Below are positions 43,147-53,106 of a DNA stretch of 64,000 bases, piece after piece. Positions within the stretch are counted from its first letter, which is position 1, and each line of letters opens with the position of its first letter. Both the position numbers and the translations under genes were made by a program. The stretch covers positions 456,232 through 520,231 of the forward strand of contig CAWJKZ010000024.1 in the NCBI GenBank assembly GCA_963843575.1. Direction: 5' to 3'. Origin of the DNA: an uncultured Acidobacteriota bacterium. GTDB lineage: Bacteria > Acidobacteriota > UBA6911. Under the pieces are notes generated by a model. That model was not told the DNA's origin. It ran no database searches and saw only the letters and a list, made by a program, of their open reading frames with translations.

Positions 43147-43932
43147 TCAGGCGGTTTCGATTTCGCCGGTCAGGTAGAGGCGTGCCTGGCCGGATATCTG
43201 CACGCGGTCGCCTGCCACCCGGCACTGCAGCCATCCGCGCCTGGCCGAGAGCTGGATCGCGGTGAGATCGGTCTTGCCCAGTCTCGCGGCCCAGTAGGGG
43301 GCGAGGCTCGTGTGGGCGGATCCGGTGACCGGGTCCTCCAGCACGCCGGACTGCGGGGCGAAGAAACGCGAGACGAAGTCCGACTCCCGCCCCCGGGCGG
43401 TCACGATGATGCCGCGGACGGGCGCCTGCGCCAGGAGGCCGAAATCGGGGGTCATGTCCTCGATGTCCTGTTGGGCGCCGTAGACCAGCAGGTAGTCGCT
43501 CCTCCCCTTGTGAAACTCGAGCGGCCAAGAGCCGAGCGCCTGCGCCAGGTCCTCGCGGGGCGTCGTGCGCACGACGACGTCGGCCGGGAAGTCGAGGGTC
43601 AGGCGGTCGCCCGCCCGGGACACGCCCAGGACCCCGCTGTGCGACTCGAACTCGATGACGTCCGCGCCCGGATCCGCAAAGCGGAAGATCGCGTAGGCGG
43701 TGGCCAGGGTGGCGTGGCCGCACAGGTCCACCTCCAGGGCGGGGGTGAACCACCGGATGGCGAAGCGGTCCCCGCGCCGGACGTAAAAAGCGGTCTCCGA
43801 GAGGTTGTTTTCCTTCGCGATGTCCTGCATGACGGCGTCGGGAAGCCACTCGAGCAGCGGACAGACCGCTGCGGGGTTACCGTGAAACAGGCTGTCGGTA
43901 AAAGCGTCGATCTGGTAAATGGGTATCTTCAC
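43147..43932 (-). CDS. PhzF family isomerase
   Basis: IDAFT..GNPA, NLSETAF, EVDLCGHATLA and EDPVTGSA. Confidence 0.9.
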   Translation of the reverse strand: MKIPIYQIDAFTDSLFHGNPAAVCPLLEWLPDAVMQDIAKENNLSETAFYVRRGDRFAIRWFTPALEVDLCGHATLATAYAIFRFADPGADVIEFESHSGVLGVSRAGDRLTLDFPADVVVRTTPREDLAQALGSWPLEFHKGRSDYLLVYGAQQDIEDMTPDFGLLAQAPVRGIIVTARGRESDFVSRFFAPQSGVLEDPVTGSAHTSLAPYWAARLGKTDLTAIQLSARRGWLQCRVAGDRVQISGQARLYLTGEIETA

Positions 43933-44012
43933 GTCGTCACCCCGTTCTGATATTGGCGAACCTTGAGTCCTTGCGAGGTGAGGTGTCTTTAGAACCGACC
44001 TCGAAGGCTCGA

Positions 44013-45410
44013 TCAGCTCGAAAGCACTCGAAACCGAGCCCGCAAGCCGGGTGCCAGCAGGAGCGCCGCGAGCGCGACGCAGGCCCAGGCGAAGGCATCG
44101 CCGGTCCGGGAATAGAGAGTGTGGCCCGGCCCTCCCCTGACGCTGGCCGCGAGCGTCGCGCCGGGGGCGCTCTCCCTGACGGCGACTATCCCTCCCCGGC
44201 TGTCGGTCACGCTCAGCAGGCCATCTTCGGCGCAGCGCGCCACCGAGAACCCCCCTTCCACGCCGCGCAGCCACGCCATCTGCGCGTGGAGCCGCCCGTC
44301 CCTGCCGAAGTCCCAGGCGGGGACCAGCAGGAGGCCTGCGCCGGCCCGCGCGTACCGCCGACCGAGCTCGGGAAAATCCATGTCCTTGCAGATCGCCACC
44401 CCCCGGTTTCCGGGGAGCGCGACGATGTCCCTCCCCTTCTGGTAGTCCTGGCCGGGGAGATGGTGCTGTTTGACGTACCGTGCGATACATTCTCCCGAGG
44501 GGGACACGACGTCGGCCACGTTGCGGTGGGTCCCGTCGGGGAGGTACTCGTCATACGGGGCGACGACCTGCACGCGGCTTCTGCGCGCGGCCTCGGCGAC
44601 GATGGCGCGGGCTTCGGCCTCCCATTCCGGCCGGAGCGTCACGGAGGCCTCGGGCAGGAGCACGACCTCGACGCCGCCGGCCGCCAGAGACGCGATGGTG
44701 TTCGCGTTCGCGACGACCGCGGCGATGGCCGTTGGCCGGTCGCGGGTGCCGTAGCGCGCGCGGATGCCGCCGTCGGTGGCCATTCCCACCCGGACCGAGG
44801 GGGCGGTGCCGGGACGCAGGAGCGCGGCGATTCCGAAGGCCAGGCAAGACGCCACCGCGACGATGGGGACCAGGACGTAGCCCGGGCGCAGCGGCCTCGA
44901 TCGGAGCGCGAGCGCGATCCCGGAGGGGACCAGCGACACCAGGAACGTGATCGCGGCCGTCCCCGCGACGCTCGCCACTTGGACCAGCGCGAGGAAGGGA
45001 ACCTGCGAATAAGCGATGCTGAGAAAGGTCCCGTGAGGGGAGACGAGCGAAAAAAGGTACTCCCAGGCGGTCCAGAGGGCGGGAAAGAGCAGGACCCCCG
45101 CCGCGGGGTGGAGGGCCGGCGCAAGGCGGCCCGTCGACAGGGCGGCCGCGGCAAAGGCCGCCGCCGGGACGGCCAGGGCGGCGAGCAGCATCGGTGCCGG
45201 GACCAGGCCGGCATAGACTGGCACGACGTTCGCCTCGCCCAGGAGAAACGCCGCGAAGGCGACAACGAGGACCCGTCGCGTTCCCGCCCCCCCAAGGGCG
45301 TACCACAGCACCGGGGCGGGGGCGAGCCACGCGAGCGGCCAGAGGGTTCCGAGGTTCGTCGAGAGGTGGAAAAGCACTCCGGCGGCCGCAGTCGCAATCA
45401 GCGCGGTCAT
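44013..45410 (-). CDS. Membrane carbon-nitrogen hydrolase, apolipoprotein N-acyltransferase-like
   Basis: Multi-TM N-terminus; E-K-C triad (LPE, YVKQH, ICKD). Confidence 0.8.
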   Translation of the reverse strand: MTALIATAAAGVLFHLSTNLGTLWPLAWLAPAPVLWYALGGAGTRRVLVVAFAAFLLGEANVVPVYAGLVPAPMLLAALAVPAAAFAAAALSTGRLAPALHPAAGVLLFPALWTAWEYLFSLVSPHGTFLSIAYSQVPFLALVQVASVAGTAAITFLVSLVPSGIALALRSRPLRPGYVLVPIVAVASCLAFGIAALLRPGTAPSVRVGMATDGGIRARYGTRDRPTAIAAVVANANTIASLAAGGVEVVLLPEASVTLRPEWEAEARAIVAEAARRSRVQVVAPYDEYLPDGTHRNVADVVSPSGECIARYVKQHHLPGQDYQKGRDIVALPGNRGVAICKDMDFPELGRRYARAGAGLLLVPAWDFGRDGRLHAQMAWLRGVEGGFSVARCAEDGLLSVTDSRGGIVAVRESAPGATLAASVRGGPGHTLYSRTGDAFAWACVALAALLLAPGLRARFRVLSS

Positions 45411-45414
45411 GGGC

Positions 45415-48400
45415 CTACTCCCGGCGGCGTCTCGGGCCCTGGACCAGGCTGACCAGTTCCCGGAGCGCCTGCAGTTGGCCGGAGTCCCTGAAACTCGTCC
45501 GGTACCACCGCTCGATAATCGCCCTGTCGACCGCCGCCCGCGAGGTGCGGGCCGAGTAGGCGCCGATTCTCTCGAGTGCCTCCTTGGCTTGCCCCGCCGA
45601 ACCCATCTGCTCGTAGGCGAGCATCATCAGGTAATCCTGTACCCGGAAGTCCGGGTCGCCCGGCCGCCCCGTTCCAAGCCGCACCGGGTATTCCTTCGAC
45701 CCTTCCAGCCGCTTGAGCGCCTCTTCGTGCCGCCCCTGTTTCATGGCATCCAGCGCCAGGCAGATCTGGCACTGGACGTACAGGTCATGCACGTCGCGCT
45801 GCCCCTCGAACGGCAGGATAGTGGCGTTCTCCAACACCGCGTAGCACTCCCGGTATTTGCCGTTGTTCAGGTAGGTTCTCGCAAGCAGGATCTTGATCAG
45901 GTCTTCGTCGGGGAAGCGCCGGGCGGCCTCGACGGCCATCTTCAAGGCACGGTCGTGCATCCCGCGCTCGGTGTAATAATTGGCCAGGTGGTGCCAGTTC
46001 CTCCAGTCCTTCGGGTCGACCGAGAGCGCTTTCTCGAAATCGGCCAGCGCCTTGTCGGGGCTGGCCCCTTGCTCGAGCCAGGCGCGGCACATGTAGACGG
46101 GCGCGTAGTCGGGCTGGTTACCGCACTCCGACAGCATCTTGAGCGCCTCGTCCTGGCGGCGCAGTCCCCAGTAGACAAGCCCGAGATAGTACCTCGCCTG
46201 CCAGTCGCCGGGGCGCGTGCGGGCGGCCCACTCGAATACCGGGATGGACTCCTCGCGGAACGGGAACACGAGGTAGGGCGAGAGCGCGGTGGCCTGGCCG
46301 CAGCCTCTCGCGGCTCCGCTCCGGGGATTTGTCCCGCAGCAGGTAGGCCTGCCAGTACCGGACCGTGGCCTGCTCCGGGGCGGCGTCGAGCACGCGCAGC
46401 GCGTCGTCGGACAGGTTGAGGCCGACGTAGTGCATCGCGATCTCGAGATAAGTCTCGTGCGGGATTTCGTTGCGGATCATCGATTTGAAGTGGTCCAGCC
46501 TCGCCGCGTCGGGTTCGAGCAGGTACTGTTCGAAGCGCGCAGAGTGGTTCAGCGGGTCGATGGCCAGGATGCGATCCAGCATTTCGCTGGCCTTCTGCGG
46601 CTGCTTGAGCAGCCGGTAGGCGGTGCTGAGGACCTCCTGCGCCTTGATGTTGCGGGCGTCGTAGTCGAGCGAGCGCCGGAGGAACTCCAGGGCGCGGGCG
46701 GAGTTACCCTCCAGGAGGTAGATTTCGCCCAGCTGGCAGTATGGCGCTGGACCGGTACTTCATGGAACGGGCGGCCCACCCGATCGTCTCCTTGGCGTCG
46801 ACCAGGTGACCGAGCCTCCGCGCGGCGACGCCGTAGATGTAGTTCGCGTCGGGGTCGTACATGACGTAGTCGAGCGCCTTGGCGGCGTAGTCCAGCGCCT
46901 TCTGATACTCGGCCCTCCTGCAGTAGAGCTCGGCGACGCGCGTCAGCGCGCGCACGTGCAGCGGCTCGCGCTTGAGGCACTCGAGGTATTTCTGCAGCGC
47001 CAGTTCGTAGTTGCGGGCCTTCTCCTCGCGCTCGGCGTTCTGGTAGATCCCTTCGAGCGTGTTCTCCTCGTAGTTGCGGAAGTTCTGCGGCCGCCTCAGC
47101 AGTTCGTGCGCCGGGATCGTCGGTGTAGGAGCAGTTTGTCCCCGACGTCGACGCGCAGCTCCCCCTTCTTCACGGCGGCCGGCACCCTTTTCTCCCAGAC
47201 CTCCATGGGTTTCAGCGCCAGCCGCTCGCGGAAGATCTCGCTCCCGGCGGAGCGCACGACGAGGTCCTCGTCGACGGCCTGCAGGGCGCAGAAGGCCAGC
47301 GTGACGGCGTCGCCGGTGTTGCGCGCGTTAAGCGCCCCGTAGGGCGTGGCCTTGACCATCGGGCCGATCTTCTTGTACGGGAACCAGACCTCGCTCCACT
47401 GGTCGGTGGTGTAGGGGGCGAAGAACTCGTGGTCGTTCTGGTCGAGCAGGCGCCCGTTCTGGGGTTCGAAATACGGCCCGTCGCTGTCGGTCAGGAGGCT
47501 CTCCCATATGGCACCCGTGCCCGACAGCGGCCAGCGGAAGAACTTCTGCCCGGGTACGTCTTCGTGCATGGCCCAGTGGCCGTAGCCGAACTGGGAATCG
47601 TGCCAGTAGCCGCCGGAAAAGTCGTTGAAGGCGCCGTGGATGAAAAAGCTCCCCTCGTCGCTGTCGTCGTGGTCCTTGTACAGGGCGAGGTTCCGTTCGC
47701 CCTTCATGGGCCAGGGGCGCTCGGGGACGTCGTAGTTGTGGCCGATGTATTTCGTTCCGGGGAAGATGAACTCGAGGTCCTGACCGAGCTTGTTGGCCGC
47801 GTTCATCCACACGTAGTAGGACTGGTTCAGCGGCTGGGGGTTGTACCAGAGCGAGCGCGTTTCGAAGAAGGCCTTGTCGGGCGGGACGACGAACTCCACG
47901 CGCCACTGCGTGCGCGACGGCAGATCCATCGCCCCGACGAAGCAGCTGACGCTCCCGTCGGGGTTGGTGCGGTAGAGGTAGTCGACCGGCGTCGCGGTGG
48001 CCGGCGTGTGTCCCACGATGCCGAAGTTGAGCTCGATGCCACCGGATGTCCACGGGCCGCGCAACGCGATGTGCCGGTATTTCCGCACGTGGTTGAAGTA
48101 GATGAACTCCTTGCCCGTGCTTTTCTCGACGGCGCCGATCAGCTTACCCCCTTCCGCGGGCAGGACGAACGCGCGGATGTAGGGGTTTTCGAGCCGCACG
48201 ACGTTCCAGCTCTGGTCGGCCCCGGTGTAGCTGAGCTTGTCGAAGAAGAAGTAGGGATAGAGCCTCGGTCCTTTTCCCCACATGCTCGATCGCGTCATGA
48301 TGGGGGCGGGGTCGGGGCCGGAGAAGGGGTAGGTCTTGAATACCTGCTTCTCCTCCCGGACGGTCGCCTGCTGGCAGAACAGACACAGCGACAGCGCAAG

Positions 48401-48433
48401 CATCAGCGACAGCGCGGCAAAAATCCGTTTCAT
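45415..48433 (-). CDS. DUF5107 plus TPR repeat exported protein (frameshifted)
   Basis: Signal peptide; LENPYI..LP..GG, GPWTSGGIELNF and YYVWMNA; TPR-like helices in the downstream frames. Confidence 0.75.
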
Positions 48434-48495
48434 GGTGAGCCCTCCCGGCTGGGTGCGCCGGCACGGCCGGCGTGTCACTGTTCTATCACAAAAGA

Positions 48496-48562
48496 CGGAA
48501 GCCGGAAGCAGGAAGCCGGAAGCCGATGTTTCAGGCTGCTGGCTTCGGGCTCCCGGCTTCCG
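48496..48562. repeat. Tandem 7-mer (GGAAGCC) x4 with a degenerate inverted copy; hairpin just after proC
   Basis: cggaagccggaagcaggaagccggaagcc ... ggctgctggcttcgggctcccggcttccg. Confidence 0.65.
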
Positions 48563-48568
48563 CCTCGT

Positions 48569-49411
48569 TCAGGCTTCCGCTTTTCCCGGGATGTGGACGG
48601 GCTGATCTTTTCCGAGTTCGAGCGATCGCTGGAAGGCGGCCCAGACCGCCCGGGAGATCGCGGTGCGGAAGCCCGCCTTTTCGAGGTAATACAGCGCCTC
48701 GGCCGACGTGCCCCCCGGGGAGGTGACCTGGTTGCGCAGCGTCGCCGGGTGACGTCCGGCCTGCTGGTAGAAGGACGTGGAGCCGCGGATGGTCTGCACC
48801 ACGAGCTGCTCCGCGATGCGGCGCGGCAACCCCATGTGCACACCCGCGTCGATCAGCGCCTCCATGAAGATGAACACGTACGCCGGCCCGGTGCCCGACA
48901 GCGCCGTCGCCATGTCGAGATAGTGTTCGTCCTCGACGAAAACCTCCTCGCCGAGAGCCGACAATATGGCGCGGGCCGTCTCCTTCTGCTCCTCGGTCAC
49001 CGCCTCGGATGCGGTCCACACCGTGATTCCCTCGCCGATCTGGGCCGGCGTGTTCGGCATGGAGCGTACGACCGCGTGGTGCTTGAGCCCCGTGCCCAGT
49101 TTCCGGATCGATGCGCCGGCGATGATCGAGAGCACCAGCGCCTCGGGTCGGATCACCTTGAGTCCCCGCATGACGCTGGTCAGCCGCTGCGGCTTGATCG
49201 ACAACACCACCACTTCGGCCTGGGACGCGGCTTCCGCGTTGTCCGTGAAGGGGCGGACCCCGTATTTGTCCCTGAGTTGCTCCACCCTCTCGGCCCGGGG
49301 CCCCGCAGCGAGCAGGTGCTCCGGCTCGGCGAGCTTCTCGCGGATGAGTCCGCCGATCATGGCTTCCGCCATCACCCCGGGCCCGATGAACGCTATCGTC
49401 TTCTTGGGCAT
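48569..49411 (-). CDS. proC: Pyrroline-5-carboxylate reductase
   Basis: FIGPGVMA, KPQ, RSMPNTP, TALSGTGPAY and VTSPGGTS. Confidence 0.95.
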   Translation of the reverse strand: MPKKTIAFIGPGVMAEAMIGGLIREKLAEPEHLLAAGPRAERVEQLRDKYGVRPFTDNAEAASQAEVVVLSIKPQRLTSVMRGLKVIRPEALVLSIIAGASIRKLGTGLKHHAVVRSMPNTPAQIGEGITVWTASEAVTEEQKETARAILSALGEEVFVEDEHYLDMATALSGTGPAYVFIFMEALIDAGVHMGLPRRIAEQLVVQTIRGSTSFYQQAGRHPATLRNQVTSPGGTSAEALYYLEKAGFRTAISRAVWAAFQRSLELGKDQPVHIPGKAEA

Positions 49412-49463
49412 GCCGGGATTATAAGGCCGCCGGCCGCCGGCTGTCAGCCCCGCGCCCCTCGGC

Positions 49464-50858
49464 ATGCTAAGAATTTCCCGCGGGGGCGTCCTTTATAGAG
49501 GGGAGTTGCACACTGTGTTGCTTCATCGTTTCATGCCCGGCGTCCTCCGTGGCGCCCGCCGCGCGTTGCCCCTCCTGCCGAAAATCGAACGCGAGCTTCA
49601 ACTCTGCTCCCGCGCCGGCGCCGCGGCCTCGATTGTGGAAGGTTACAAGCCGGAGGTGTGTTCCCACCTGCGCGACCGGTTTGCGCCGGTTGTGGCGCAG
49701 GCGCTCACGCTCAAGGTTCTCAACATCCTCCTCGCCAGGTATCACCTCCGCGCTCGGGATGTCTCGGTGTCGTCCCGGCCGTTCGGCATCGTGCTCGATC
49801 CCTCCAATATGTGCCGGCTTGCGTGCCCGGGGTGCGTCCACTCGACCCGTTCGGAGGCCCTCGGGTTGTTCGATTGGCCCAGCGGCACGTTGTCAGGGCA
49901 ACGCTTCGCCGAGCTGCTGAGGCTCTACGGCCCCTATGCGATCGGGATGTACTTCTGCAACTACGGGGAACCGCTCCTCAATACCGAGACGCCGAAGCTC
50001 ATCCGGTCTGCGAAAAACCACTTGATGTGGACGTCGCTCTCGACGAGCCTCTCGGTCCGTCGCTTCGACGCGGAAGCCTACGTGGGGTCGGGTCTCGATT
50101 TCATGGTGCTTTCAATCGACGGCGCCACGCAGCCCGTTTATGGGCGCTACCGCCGCAACGGCGACCTGGAAATGGTTTTCCGGAACGTCCGCAGCCTTGT
50201 GGCGGCCAGGCGCGGCCTTGGACGGGGCACGCCGGTGTTGTCCTGGAATTTCCTGGCCTTCCAACACAACGCGCACGAAATCCCGGCGGCCGAGCGCATG
50301 GCGCGCAGGCTCGGGATTGACCAGTTCCGCGTGGTGCGCCCTTTCGATGTGACGTGGGACGATCCGGAGATCCGGCCCGCGGCAGTGCGGGCGCGCGTGA
50401 CCCGCCTGCGCTGGCTGTCGACCAGCAACCCGTCCTCCAACTGGAATCCCTTCCCGGACAGCCTGGAAGCCGGTGCGATCGCCCGTGCGTTCGAGACCCC
50501 GTTGGAGGCGACGGGTTCCGACGCCGCGCCGCCGCGCACCGGTTCCGGCCACACCTGCCACTGGCTCTACGACAACCTCGTGCTGGACGCGGCCGGCAGA
50601 GTCCTGCCCTGCTGCGCGGCGCCGCGGCCGGACGCGAGCCTGGTGTTCACAACGTTCACCGGCGATGGAGATCCGTTCAATTCGGCGAAGCACCGGCAGG
50701 CGCGATCCTTTTTTGCCGGCACGCCCTCCCCTGCCTCGGACGCCACAGGCGCCCCATATTGCACGCGCTGCGATTGGGACCACACCACCGTGAACATCGG
50801 CCCCCCGGAGATCCGCCGCTACTTCCGCGCTGCCGGAATAGGGGACGGACCAGGATAA
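49464..50858 (+). CDS. Radical SAM / SPASM(twitch) protein; C-terminus supplied by the MITE; start uncertain
   Basis: CRLACPGC (CxxxCxxC), YGEPLL, SIDG, CHWLY..GRVLPCC..CTRC. Confidence 0.8.
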   Translation: MLRISRGGVLYRGELHTVLLHRFMPGVLRGARRALPLLPKIERELQLCSRAGAAASIVEGYKPEVCSHLRDRFAPVVAQALTLKVLNILLARYHLRARDVSVSSRPFGIVLDPSNMCRLACPGCVHSTRSEALGLFDWPSGTLSGQRFAELLRLYGPYAIGMYFCNYGEPLLNTETPKLIRSAKNHLMWTSLSTSLSVRRFDAEAYVGSGLDFMVLSIDGATQPVYGRYRRNGDLEMVFRNVRSLVAARRGLGRGTPVLSWNFLAFQHNAHEIPAAERMARRLGIDQFRVVRPFDVTWDDPEIRPAAVRARVTRLRWLSTSNPSSNWNPFPDSLEAGAIARAFETPLEATGSDAAPPRTGSGHTCHWLYDNLVLDAAGRVLPCCAAPRPDASLVFTTFTGDGDPFNSAKHRQARSFFAGTPSPASDATGAPYCTRCDWDHTTVNIGPPEIRRYFRAAGIGDGPG

Positions 50859-51080
50859 ATCGCTTAAATAGAGTAATATGCGGCTATAATGAGGTCTCAA
50901 ATGGGCCTTAATCGACGTTTTTAGGACCGAAAATCGAAAATAAGGCCGAGCCGAAACGAATTCCGCCCAAGCGGGGCCTTATTGGCAAAAAATGAGGTCA
51001 AAAAGTCGAAATAAGGCCTCTTTTGCGGGCCAAAATTCAGCTAATTGTTGTAAGCATTACGATTGTCCAGGTCCGTCCCC
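50841..51080. mobile_element. 240-bp AT-rich MITE/REPIN-like element with GGGGACGGACC termini
   Basis: Left end GGGGACGGACCAGGATAAATCG; right end (reverse complement) GGGGACGGACCTGGACAATCG; two internal GGCCTTA..TAAGGCC stems; abrupt drop in GC. Confidence 0.75.
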
Positions 51081-53069
51081 ACGCATCGAGTCGGTGACCA
51101 GGTAGGCGAGCAGGAGGGCGAACATTATCAGCCCGGTGATTTCGCCGGCCCGCGATTCGGCCCAGTGTGCGTTGGCGGCGTACCAGTTCAGCGGCAGGCC
51201 GAACTCTGTGGCGCCGAAGCGCAGGAAGGCGTTGAGGACGCCGAACAGCGAGCCTCCGGCGATGAAGCCCGAGGCGATGAGCGTTCCGCGCGAAAGCCGG
51301 GCGTCGTTCACTCTGCCGTCCTTCGAACGGGTCGACACCCACCATGCGGCCAGCCCGCCGAACACCAGCGGGACGTTCAGTTCCTGCGGGATGTACATGC
51401 CGAGCGCGAAGGCGAGCGGCGGGACCTTGAGGATAGTCAGCAGCAGAGCGATCACAGCCCCCACGATGTAGAGGAGCCACGGGGTGGGCGCCCTGGACAT
51501 CAGCGGCTGGATCACGGCCGCCATCGCGTTGGCCTGGGGGGCGACCATAGCGCCCTCGCCGGTGAAGCCGAAGGTCCGTTCCAGGATGATGATCACCCCC
51601 CCGACGGTGGCGGCCGAGACCAGCACCCCGAGGAATTTCCACGTCTCCTGTTTCCGGGGAGTCGAACCGAGCCAGTAGCCGATCTTCAGGTCGGTGATGA
51701 ACCCGCCCGCCACCGACAGGGCCGTGCAGACGACCCCGCCGATGATGAGGGCGCTCACCATGCCCGACGCGCCGGTCAGGCCGATCTGGACGAGCACGAT
51801 CGACGACAGGATCAGGGTCATCAGGGTCATGCCGGAGACCGGGTTCGTGCCGACGATGGCAATCGCGTTTGCCGCGACGGTGGTGAAGAGGAAGGAGATC
51901 GCCACCACGATCAGCATGCCGATCACGGCGTGGGTCAGGTTGAAGACGACGGCCCCGTAAAAGAAAACCAGGATCAGCAGGGCCGTCAGGAAGATCAAGA
52001 GCAGGTTGAAGCCCATGCGCAGGTCGGTCTGGGTGCGCGGGGCGTCCTGGCGTGCGGCCGATGATTTGTGGAAGATCTCCGTCCAGGCCAGCCGGAAGGC
52101 CCCGGCGATGATTTTGGAAGAGCGGAGGATCCCGACGATGCCGGCCATGGCGATGCCTCCGATGCCGATCGGCCGGACGTACATCCGGAAAATTTCCTCG
52201 GCGGTCATGGCGGAGATCAGCTTCGTCGCGTCGGCGCCGAGGGGCGCGGTCAGGCCGCTGCCGATCTCATACACGAGCGGCACCAGCACCAGCCACGACA
52301 GGAACGACCCGGCTGCGATGATAGCCGAGTACTTCAGCCCGATGATGTAGCCCAGCCCGAAGACCATGGAGGAGATGTTCAGGCGCAGAACCAGCCGGTA
52401 TTTGTCGGCCAGGGCCGCCCCGGCGTCGAACATGCGCGAGGTGATCACCTCCGACCACCAGCCGAAGGCGCTGAACGCGAAATCGTAGAGCCCGCCCAGC
52501 AGTCCGCTGACGGCCAGCACCGCTGCCTGCCGGCCACCTTTCTCCCCCGCCACGAGTATCTCGGTCGTCGCAGTCCCTTCGGGGAAGGGGAGCTTGCCGT
52601 GCATGTCCTTGACGAAGTACTTGCGGAACGGGATCAGAAACAGGATGCCGAGAAACCCTCCCAGCGCCGACGCCGCGAAAGCCTGGAAGAAGCTCGTCGG
52701 CAGCTTGAGGATGTACAGGGCCGGCAGCGTAAAGATGGCGCCGGCGACCACGACACCCGAGCACGCCCCGATCGACTGGATAATGACGTTCTGGCCCAGG
52801 GCGTTCTGCCGGCCGAAGACGGCCGAGATCCCCACGGCCAGGATGGCGACCGGGATGGCGGCCTCGAAGACCTGTCCTATCTTGAGACCCGAGTAGGCGG
52901 CGGCCGCCGAGAAGAGGACGGCCATCACCAGCCCCCAGCCCACCGACCACGGGGTCACTTCCTGCGGCGCGCTCTCGGGCGGCATGATCGGGCGGTATTC
53001 CTCCCCGGGTCTCAATTCCTTGTAGGCATTGTCGGGCAGGCCCTTTATTGTTCCGGCTTCGTGCTCCAT
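51057..53069 (-). CDS. OPT family oligopeptide transporter
   Basis: LKIGQVFEAAIP, IFTLPAL, LPFPEG.A, NPVSGM, DLKIGYWLG.TP, APQA and SGFIAG motifs. Confidence 0.92.
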   Translation of the reverse strand: MEHEAGTIKGLPDNAYKELRPGEEYRPIMPPESAPQEVTPWSVGWGLVMAVLFSAAAAYSGLKIGQVFEAAIPVAILAVGISAVFGRQNALGQNVIIQSIGACSGVVVAGAIFTLPALYILKLPTSFFQAFAASALGGFLGILFLIPFRKYFVKDMHGKLPFPEGTATTEILVAGEKGGRQAAVLAVSGLLGGLYDFAFSAFGWWSEVITSRMFDAGAALADKYRLVLRLNISSMVFGLGYIIGLKYSAIIAAGSFLSWLVLVPLVYEIGSGLTAPLGADATKLISAMTAEEIFRMYVRPIGIGGIAMAGIVGILRSSKIIAGAFRLAWTEIFHKSSAARQDAPRTQTDLRMGFNLLLIFLTALLILVFFYGAVVFNLTHAVIGMLIVVAISFLFTTVAANAIAIVGTNPVSGMTLMTLILSSIVLVQIGLTGASGMVSALIIGGVVCTALSVAGGFITDLKIGYWLGSTPRKQETWKFLGVLVSAATVGGVIIILERTFGFTGEGAMVAPQANAMAAVIQPLMSRAPTPWLLYIVGAVIALLLTILKVPPLAFALGMYIPQELNVPLVFGGLAAWWVSTRSKDGRVNDARLSRGTLIASGFIAGGSLFGVLNAFLRFGATEFGLPLNWYAANAHWAESRAGEITGLIMFALLLAYLVTDSMRGDGPGQS

Positions 53070-53106
53070 GGCGGCGGCTCCGTGTGATTGGGCGCGGGCA
53101 GGTTCG

